The notes under the pieces: generated by a model
The model's input: the letters and a program-made list of their open reading frames with translations, nothing else
What the model was told of the DNA's origin: nothing
Database searches by the model: none
Assembly: GCA_036679645.1 (NCBI GenBank)
Contig: JAZDCY010000068.1
Location: forward strand, 1-64,000
Length of the DNA stretch: 64,000 nucleotides
Direction of reading: 5' to 3'
Source of the DNA: Gemmatimonadota bacterium
GTDB lineage: Bacteria > Gemmatimonadota > Gemmatimonadetes > Gemmatimonadales > GWC2-71-9
Shown here: positions 57,314 through 64,000 of the stretch, one piece after another
How positions within the stretch are numbered: position 1 is the stretch's first letter
How the letters are laid out: each line of letters starts with the position of its first letter
Made by a program: the position numbers and the translations under genes

Positions 57314-59551
57314 ATGATAGAAGCCTTCGACCGCCTCAAGACCGCGCTCTCCAACCGGTATGCGATTGACCGGGAGATCGGCGAGGGGGGGATGGCCATC
57401 GTCTATCTCGCAGAAGACCTCAGGCACGGCCGCCAGGTAGCCTTGAAGATCCTCCGCCCGACACTTGCGGCCACCCTCGGAACCGACCGTTTCGTGCGCG
57501 AGATCGGGATCGCCGCGCGCCTCACGCATCCTCATATCCTGCCCGTCCATGACTCCGGGGTGGCTGATGGCGTCTTCTACTACGTCATGCCTTACATCGA
57601 AGGTGAGTCGCTGCAAGAGCGACTCGAGCGGGAGACCCAGCTTCCGCTGGACGACGCGCTGCGGATCGTGCGTGACGTGGCCGATGCCCTGACCTACGCG
57701 CACGACCAACAGGTTCTTCACCGCGACGTCAAGCCGGCGAACATTCTCCTGTCCGGTGGGCACGCCGTGGTCACCGACTTTGGGATCGCTCGAGCGATCG
57801 AGTATGCGGACCACAAGGTCATCACCGAGGCGGGGGCGGTGATCGGAACGCCGGCGTACATGAGCCCCGAGCAGGCGAGTGGCGAGGAGGAACTCGATCG
57901 CCGCAGCGATATCTACTCGCTCGGCTGTGTGTTCTATGAGATGTTGGCCGGCAAGCCGCCGTTCGAGGGTCCCACCCCACTCTCGACCCTGCTCCAGTCG
58001 ATCGGCGACCCAGTACCGCCGCTGCGGCACCTTCGGCCCACGATCCCCGGCCATGTAGACGCGACCTGTGCAAGGGCGCTGGCGAAGCTCCCCGCCGACC
58101 GGTTTGCGACAGCAGCCGCGTTCGTCGAGGCACTCGGAACGCCCGGCGCCGTGGCGCCGGTCTCCGAGCCGACGTCCATCGCTGTCCTGCCCTTCGTCAA
58201 CATGAGTGCGGATCCCGAGGCCGAGTACCTCTGCGACGGCATTACCGAGGAGATCATCATCGCGCTCTCACAGCTCGACGACTTCCGCGTGGCAGCGCGG
58301 ACCTCCTCGTTCTCGTTCAAAGGCAAATCGCCAAGTCTCGCCGAGTTGCGCGAGAAGCTGAACGTGAAGACCGTGCTCTCGGGGAGTGTCCGCAAGGCCG
58401 GAAATCGGTTACGCGTGGTAGCCCAGCTCGTGGGCGTTGACGACGGCTACCACCTGTGGTCGGAGCGGTACGATCGTGAAATGCAGGACGTCTTCGCGAT
58501 CCAGGACGATATTGCGGGGGCCATCGTCGCGACCTCCAAAGGCCACGTGGCAGCCGAGAAGTACGCAGGGTCGGTACGGCGCTACACCGCTAATGTCGAG
58601 GCGTACGAACTCTACCTGAAGGGACGCTACGTCGAGAAGACGAGACGTCGTTCAGGATTCACGAAAGGGATCGAGTACTTCGATCGAGCCATCGAGAGGG
58701 ATCCGGAATACGCCCTCGCATATGCCGGTCTTGCCGACACGTACAGCCTGCTGGCATGGTACCGCTTTCTTCCACCGCGCGAGGCGTTCGGCAAAGCGCG
58801 GTCCGCTGCTCAGCGGGCGCTGGAAATCGACGACACACTTCCGGAGGCTCACACCTCGGTGGGCGTCGTGCAGTTCTACCATGATTGGGACTGGCGAGGT
58901 GCCGAACGCGCGTATCGCAGGGCCCTCGAGCTCAATCCGAACGATGCCACCGCCCTGCACAGCTACGCCGAGTGCCTCGCGGCGCAAGGATGCCTGGAGG
59001 AAAGCCGGGCGCTGATCCAGCGTGCGCATCAACTCGAGCCGCTCTCGCTGACGGTCAACGCAGGTCTCGGCTGGATACACTTCTTCAGCCGCAATTTCGA
59101 TCTCGCCATCGAGCATCTCGAAAAGACGATCGACATGGACCCGGAGTACGTGTTTCTGAACTGGTTCCTGGGACAGGCGTACTTGATGGCGGGACACGAG
59201 GAGCGCTCGATCGCTTCGTTTCGAGAAGGGTTTGAGCGCTCGGCGGAACACCCGGGAATGGCCGCGTACCTCGCCTACGCGTACGCGCGGTCGGGAAGGC
59301 CCGAAGAAGCGAAGCGGATCTTCCGCGATCTGACACAACAGGCAAAACGAACCTACGTGCCGGCAGACTACTTCTGTGTGGTTTGCATGGGTCTGGGTCA
59401 CACCGACGAAGCTTTCGACTGGCTGATCAAGGCGACCGAAGAGCGGGCGCTGCACATGGCCTTTCTGGGTGTCGATCCGCTGTTCGATAGCCTGCGCTCA
59501 GACCAACGATTCACTAGGGTCCTTGAAACGATTGGATTGAAAACGGGGTAG
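57314..59551 (+). CDS. Cytoplasmic Ser/Thr kinase with TolB-N-like domain and TPR repeats
   Basis: HRDVKPAN, DFG, MSPEQ; SIAVLPFVNMS; TPRs; DSLRSDQRF; no clear TM. Confidence 0.95.
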   Translation: MIEAFDRLKTALSNRYAIDREIGEGGMAIVYLAEDLRHGRQVALKILRPTLAATLGTDRFVREIGIAARLTHPHILPVHDSGVADGVFYYVMPYIEGESLQERLERETQLPLDDALRIVRDVADALTYAHDQQVLHRDVKPANILLSGGHAVVTDFGIARAIEYADHKVITEAGAVIGTPAYMSPEQASGEEELDRRSDIYSLGCVFYEMLAGKPPFEGPTPLSTLLQSIGDPVPPLRHLRPTIPGHVDATCARALAKLPADRFATAAAFVEALGTPGAVAPVSEPTSIAVLPFVNMSADPEAEYLCDGITEEIIIALSQLDDFRVAARTSSFSFKGKSPSLAELREKLNVKTVLSGSVRKAGNRLRVVAQLVGVDDGYHLWSERYDREMQDVFAIQDDIAGAIVATSKGHVAAEKYAGSVRRYTANVEAYELYLKGRYVEKTRRRSGFTKGIEYFDRAIERDPEYALAYAGLADTYSLLAWYRFLPPREAFGKARSAAQRALEIDDTLPEAHTSVGVVQFYHDWDWRGAERAYRRALELNPNDATALHSYAECLAAQGCLEESRALIQRAHQLEPLSLTVNAGLGWIHFFSRNFDLAIEHLEKTIDMDPEYVFLNWFLGQAYLMAGHEERSIASFREGFERSAEHPGMAAYLAYAYARSGRPEEAKRIFRDLTQQAKRTYVPADYFCVVCMGLGHTDEAFDWLIKATEERALHMAFLGVDPLFDSLRSDQRFTRVLETIGLKTG

Positions 59552-59599
59552 CGGATCCCGAGAATGGGGACTCTGGTCCGACGAAACCAACCGGGGCAC

Positions 59600-59713
59600 G
59601 TGAGCCGCTGGCGTCGCCCGGCGCTGCGATTCTCTCGTGCCCCACATCCTGCCCAGCACTTGCCAAGCAGTGGCTTGGATGGAGATTTCGTAACGGCACA
59701 TCTTGACTCTAGC
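59600..59713 (+). repeat. ~115-bp direct repeat, copy 2; probably the dodecin promoter region
   Basis: Ends CATCTT-GACTCTAGC immediately before the AGGAGG SD of dodecin. Confidence 0.9.
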
Positions 59714-59724
59714 AGGAGGGCAGA

Positions 59725-59940
59725 ATGGGAGAGAGCGTCTACAAAGTCATCGAACTGGTCGGAACCAGCTCCGAATCGTGGGAGAAGGCGGCTGCGGCGG
59801 CCGTGGAGAGGGCCGGAAAGAGCCTGCGCGATCTGCGAGTGGCCGAAGTCACGAAACTCGACGTCCAGCTCGAGGACGGCAAGGTCCAGCACTACCGCGC
59901 CAAGGTAAAGGTGTCTTTCAAGTTCGAGGGCAGCGAGTGA
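59725..59940 (+). CDS. Dodecin family protein
   Basis: SVYKVIELVGTS..SWE.AA..AV.RA.KSLRDLR.AEV...D; YRAKVKVSFK. Confidence 0.93.
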   Translation: MGESVYKVIELVGTSSESWEKAAAAAVERAGKSLRDLRVAEVTKLDVQLEDGKVQHYRAKVKVSFKFEGSE

Positions 59941-59947
59941 AGTTGGC

Positions 59948-60775
59948 CTACCGCCCGAAGTTCCCGTCGTAGAGCGCCGCCAGCTTCTTCATCGTATCAC
60001 TGTAGTTTCCGGACGCGTCGGCCACCTTCAGAGCTGCGAGCATCTCCATCGGTACGATGGTGCGACTGAAGGTGTCCGACAGCGGCTGGCTCCCGCGTTG
60101 TCGAGCGCTCAATCGTTGCACGTGGGCTGAAAGGTCAGGATTCGCCGCGGCCTTGACCGCCAATGTCACGACACGATCCAGCGGAAGCCCCGCCTCTACG
60201 CCCAAAGCCAGCGCACGACACAACCTCCCCAACACGAATTTCCGCCTCCGCCCGTAACGTCGCGCGACACCCAGCAGTACTGTACCGCCGAACGCAAAGG
60301 CGAGCACGAGTTCCGTGATGACGGTGAGGACGTAGAGTGTAGCGTTACCGAAGAAGAGAATGGGAAACGGTGCAATGAAGCTAGCGGCCACCGCGTTCAT
60401 CATTGGATACGCCAGCATCCGCTTGATGGCCATGACCGTCCGATGCTCGGCCGTGAAGTAGTCGCCCAGCAGCTTGAAGGTCTCCTCGAGCTGGCCCGCC
60501 TCGTCCCCAAGCTCGATCAGTGCCGCTTCGAACGGCGCGAAGAGTGTGGGACGCGCTCGTACCAGCGATTGGAGGGATTCGCGCCGTCGCGTGCCTTGGA
60601 GGAGGAACTCTCGCAGCGACTGCACCGTTCGTGAGCGTCGGAAATCCCCTGCGGCTTCGAGCGCCGCGGGGTGCGACAACCCGGCGCTGTACCCGGCATA
60701 CCACATCCGGTACAACTCGGCCTTGTAGCGCGCCACATCGAACTCGTTCCACGCACGCGTTAGTGAGAGAGGCAT
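59948..60775 (-). CDS. Type II secretion F / PilC-family protein (compact)
   Basis: Two GspF repeats (AGL....AL; LIELGDEAGQLEE....L..Y; AGLPL; VADASGN....MKKLA..Y). Confidence 0.85.
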   Translation of the reverse strand: MPLSLTRAWNEFDVARYKAELYRMWYAGYSAGLSHPAALEAAGDFRRSRTVQSLREFLLQGTRRRESLQSLVRARPTLFAPFEAALIELGDEAGQLEETFKLLGDYFTAEHRTVMAIKRMLAYPMMNAVAASFIAPFPILFFGNATLYVLTVITELVLAFAFGGTVLLGVARRYGRRRKFVLGRLCRALALGVEAGLPLDRVVTLAVKAAANPDLSAHVQRLSARQRGSQPLSDTFSRTIVPMEMLAALKVADASGNYSDTMKKLAALYDGNFGR

Positions 60776-60795
60776 TCGGAGTCAGATAAGAACAT

Positions 60796-60833
60796 CCCCT
60801 CTCCACGAAGTGGAGAGGGGGCAGGGGGTGAGG
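60796..60833. repeat. REP-like hairpin element (CCCCTCTCC...GGAGAGGGG...GGGGTGAGG)
   Basis: CCCCTCTCCAC-GAA-GTGGAGAGGGG followed by GCAGGGGGTGAGG. Confidence 0.6.
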
Positions 60834-63215
60834 TTACGGCACCAACGTCCGTTGCCGCTTCTTCAGAATGAAGAGCCCTTCCCTGCTGCTCGTAACCACA
60901 ATCACTCCGCTCTCGAAAAAGGGATAGTTGCTCCACGACCCACCGCCCGCACCCTCGAACGGTACCGTGTCGAAGAACGCCACCTCGACAGGGTTGACCG
61001 GATCGCCAATGTCCAACACCCGCAGACCGTCCACGTAGTTGGACTGATACATGTAGCGGCCACGAATGTAGAGGTTGTGATCGGTCGACTCACCAACACC
61101 GAAGTGCTCCTTGACGAGGATCGGATCGTCGAGATCGGCCACATCCCACACGAGCGTGCGCGTGTGATCGACCAGCCCGCGGGGCTCGTCGCCTTCATCG
61201 TTCATATAGAAGTAGCGCTGATCCTCGGTGAGCCAGCCCTGGTGGGAATACGCGACGTTGGGATAGTCCGCGGTAGAAATACCGACGGGGCTGTCCTTGT
61301 CCGTTACGTCCGCGATGCTGAGCGCCGTCTCGTTTGAGCCGAAACAGATCTCCCGACCGCTATACTGCGAGTCCGGCCCATGGTAGACCACGCACTGCCC
61401 GTCGTGCGTATAACCCGTACCCCGGCGCCCCGTGCCCTCGTGCGCGAAACATCCGGCGAACGTGGGGTTCTGCGGATCGCGGATATCGATCATGTGGTAG
61501 CCGCCACCGCACGTTTCACCGCCGCCACTGCTCCCGACCGAATAGGCGAAACCGGTCTCTTCGTTGATCACGATGTTATGCGCCGACGCGATGCCATCGT
61601 AGTGCACCGTCTCTTCGAACTCCACCGGCGCCCCGCGCACGTCGCGCAGTTGCCTTAAATCGAAGACCTGCATCCCGTGTGGACCTGCGCCGTCGGAGAC
61701 GATGAATACGTGATCCTTGTAGACCTTCATGTCCCGCCAGACACTCATGCGGGCGCCATCCGTCATGGCCAGGTTGCCGACGTAGACGGGGTTACCGGCA
61801 TCGGTCACGTCGACGAAGGCCGTCCCGTCGACGCGACCCACGATGGCATACTCCCGTCCGTTCTCGGGATCTGTCCAGCCCCAGACATCGTTCATGCGCA
61901 CGCCGCGTCCACCACCGATATCGGACACGGGGAGAAAGGATACTATGTCTACCTCGCTGCAATTCCAGGCTGCCGCCGAACCATCATCACAGTCGACTTG
62001 TCCCTCGGTGATGGCGTCGAATCCGGTCACCTCGCTCCACACCGTGCTCACCCGACGCCAGTGCCCGTCAGTACGCTCGTAGATTGCCGTCGTGCCTTCG
62101 CCGAAGTCATCACCGGGAACGCCTACCACCGCGAGATCTCCACGAACCGCAAGTGCGCCACCGAAGCCATCGCGTCGGCTGGGATCTTCGCCTCGGAGAG
62201 GATGTGACATCGTGAGTTGACCGGCGTCGTCACGCCCGAACACATAGATCTGTCCGGTGAAGTTCGACGCGCTCGGCGCACCAACCCAGATGGCGTTGCC
62301 GTCTAGCGCCAGCGCGCTGCCAAACTCGTATCGTTGCTGACCATCGAACGGCAGCAGTCGTCCCGCGAAGCTCCAGTCTCCGTCATCCAGCTCGTAGCGG
62401 TAGACCGCACCGGTACGGTTCGCGGCGTTGGGGGCGCCCACTAACAGCTCGCCGTCACTGAGGAGCAACGTGCTCCCGTATTGGTTGCCCCGATCATCCC
62501 CGGGGGCCGCGAGCTTCGTGACTTCCTCCCACGTTCCAGATGCAGCGTCCCGCTGAAAGACGTACACGACGCCATTGAGGCTGTCTCGAGCGGGTGCACC
62601 AGTTGCCATCCAATCACCGCGCACCGAAACGGATATTCCGAACAGACGGCCGGCCGTGGCATCGCTCGCCTCGAGTTTGCCCACCTGAGTCCAGGTGTCA
62701 CCGCGTAGCTGGAACACGTAAACAGCTCCGGCGAGCTCGTTCGCCCCGGCCGCGCTAACGAGCGCGAGATCACCGCGCAGAGCAACCGCCCGACCAAGGG
62801 CGTCGCCGGCCAGACGGTCGTCGGCTATGAGGCGCGCGGTCTGGCGCCATCCATCATCCGTTCGCTCGAAGATGTATGCGGCGCCTCGCGAGCTGTCGGT
62901 CCTGGTCGCTCCCACGAGCAGCCGGCCGCCCTCGATGGCAAGTGCACGACCGAAGCGGTTGTCTCGCTCAGGGTCCGACGGGACGAGCTGTGCGGACTCG
63001 ATCCACGTCCCGTCCGCACCGCGTCCGAACACATAGAGCATGCCCGATTTGTGCGGGTTGTTGGGCTCGGCCACGATGACCTCGTGCTCGCCAATCACCA
63101 CTGTCCCACCAAAGGCGACCTTGGCAAGCCCACCGGCGGACTCGGGGAGCGAGGTCTGCGCCAGCGCCGGCGCGGCGAACAACATCATTGCGGTGGTCGA
63201 TAGAAACGCCTTCAT
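60834..63215 (-). CDS. Secreted choice-of-anchor B family protein with FG-GAP-like repeats
   Basis: Signal peptide; FG..(V/L)A...VGAP repeats; NDVWGWTDP..GREYA, WRDMK, HGMQVFDL, AHNIVINE, YSHQGWLTED, WSNYPFF.SG. Confidence 0.9.
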   Translation of the reverse strand: MKAFLSTTAMMLFAAPALAQTSLPESAGGLAKVAFGGTVVIGEHEVIVAEPNNPHKSGMLYVFGRGADGTWIESAQLVPSDPERDNRFGRALAIEGGRLLVGATRTDSSRGAAYIFERTDDGWRQTARLIADDRLAGDALGRAVALRGDLALVSAAGANELAGAVYVFQLRGDTWTQVGKLEASDATAGRLFGISVSVRGDWMATGAPARDSLNGVVYVFQRDAASGTWEEVTKLAAPGDDRGNQYGSTLLLSDGELLVGAPNAANRTGAVYRYELDDGDWSFAGRLLPFDGQQRYEFGSALALDGNAIWVGAPSASNFTGQIYVFGRDDAGQLTMSHPLRGEDPSRRDGFGGALAVRGDLAVVGVPGDDFGEGTTAIYERTDGHWRRVSTVWSEVTGFDAITEGQVDCDDGSAAAWNCSEVDIVSFLPVSDIGGGRGVRMNDVWGWTDPENGREYAIVGRVDGTAFVDVTDAGNPVYVGNLAMTDGARMSVWRDMKVYKDHVFIVSDGAGPHGMQVFDLRQLRDVRGAPVEFEETVHYDGIASAHNIVINEETGFAYSVGSSGGGETCGGGYHMIDIRDPQNPTFAGCFAHEGTGRRGTGYTHDGQCVVYHGPDSQYSGREICFGSNETALSIADVTDKDSPVGISTADYPNVAYSHQGWLTEDQRYFYMNDEGDEPRGLVDHTRTLVWDVADLDDPILVKEHFGVGESTDHNLYIRGRYMYQSNYVDGLRVLDIGDPVNPVEVAFFDTVPFEGAGGGSWSNYPFFESGVIVVTSSREGLFILKKRQRTLVP

Positions 63216-63321
63216 GTCACGGCCTCGGACGGATAGGGAATTCTTGCGAATGGGAAAGATACACGCATGGCCCGCGTCGTCGACTCTCCCGCTCGTTCGC
63301 CCACGGAGAGCTAGCCGGCCA

Positions 63322-64000
63322 CTAGGCTCCCCGCCGTACCGCTCGTGCACAGAGCGGCATCAGGTAGAGGACGCTCGCCACCCGTCCAATCAGAAACGCC
63401 GCCATCGCGCTTGTCACACCGGCCCAACCGAACGAAGCGCTCAATACGGTGAACGCCAACGCGACCACACCCACCTCGATCGCCGTTGCCAAGGTGATCG
63501 GTCTGGTGCGATGCGCCGTTACCAGAATGGCCTGCTGCAGCGACTTGAGCACAGAGAGGCCGGGGATTGGAATCAGGAGGATGGTCGGAAGCAGCGCGAA
63601 CCGGGTTAGCTCCGCACTCAATCCGGAGATCGACTGGAACCACACGATGGCCAATGGCGTGAGCGCCACGATGCCGAGCCCCGCTGACGCGCCGAGTCCC
63701 AGCATGAACGCGAACCGGCCGACCTCGCGCGCGTGCTCGAAGCGTTTCCCCATCAGCGCAATCGCGGCCTCCTGATACGAAAGGCCGAGCGCCCGGAAGA
63801 TGAACGACAGCGCGTGCACGACGGGGAACACGGCCAGCGACTCCACCGGCGACGGCGCGCGACCCATGAAGAAAGTGAGCATCGGCTGGAGCGTGAGCCC
63901 GATGAACGAGGTCAGCGCGAGCGGATAGTAGAACCGGAGTATACGACCATAGGTGGGAACACGTGGGTCAGCCGCCGGTCGGTCGAGGACGCGTGCGATC
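63322..64000 (-). CDS. MATE-like/ANKH-type membrane transporter, 5'-partial
   Basis: RFYYPLALTS, LAVFPVVH.L.F, multiple TM helices; the frame is open to the window edge. Confidence 0.65.
   Translation of the reverse strand, partial: IARVLDRPAADPRVPTYGRILRFYYPLALTSFIGLTLQPMLTFFMGRAPSPVESLAVFPVVHALSFIFRALGLSYQEAAIALMGKRFEHAREVGRFAFMLGLGASAGLGIVALTPLAIVWFQSISGLSAELTRFALLPTILLIPIPGLSVLKSLQQAILVTAHRTRPITLATAIEVGVVALAFTVLSASFGWAGVTSAMAAFLIGRVASVLYLMPLCARAVRRGA

Noticed and set aside
57093..59713. Diversity-generating retroelement (TR/VR pair)
   Set aside because: Differences between the repeat copies are not adenine-specific, the copies are non-coding, and there is no reverse transcriptase in the window.
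1712..59713. CTAG as a dedicated recombination target (present at several junctions and repeat ends)
   Set aside because: Many cases are just TAG stop codons, and several junctions lack it. It needs an enrichment test I cannot run.
4316..62207. Long antisense/alternate-frame ORFs (e.g. 6340-7389, 8964-10181, 12787-13749, 31491-32558, 33596-34624, 57044-58054)
   Set aside because: Shadows of well-supported genes on the other strand, as expected in high-GC DNA; no motifs.
1..64000. CRISPR array, tRNA, rRNA, integron
   Set aside because: No regularly spaced repeats, cloverleaf or rRNA-like sequence, or integrase/attC series was seen by eye.

Overview
GC-rich bacterial chromosome segment, most likely Gemmatimonadota. 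That assignment is inferred from the expanded family of Hanks-type kinases beginning 'L..AL..RY.IER..GEGGMA.VYLAED'. Intact genes include four Ser/Thr kinases with variable C-terminal sensor domains, RhlE, CspA, HflKC, several peptidases/hydrolases, an ABC exporter, and a cysteine synthase-rhodanese fusion. There are four toxin-antitoxin pairs (2x HipBA, VapBC, HicAB) and a sigma54-controlled redox/detox cluster. The window starts at the probable right end of an IS256 element. The intergenic space holds about 18 gene remnants (truncations, internal deletions, orphan C-termini), and diverged promoter-containing direct repeats bracket two kinase genes. Best hidden signals: (1) a redoxin with an in-frame UGA at the catalytic Cys position followed by a SECIS-like hairpin (probable selenoprotein, split by the ORF track); (2) a candidate ~95-nt sRNA with two GGCACAC loop motifs; (3) a terminator/antiterminator leader upstream of cspA; (4) apparent cassette-like turnover of receptor-kinase genes; (5) many apparently leaderless genes. 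No rRNA, tRNA or CRISPR array was seen. All family assignments come from motif recognition by eye, not database searches.
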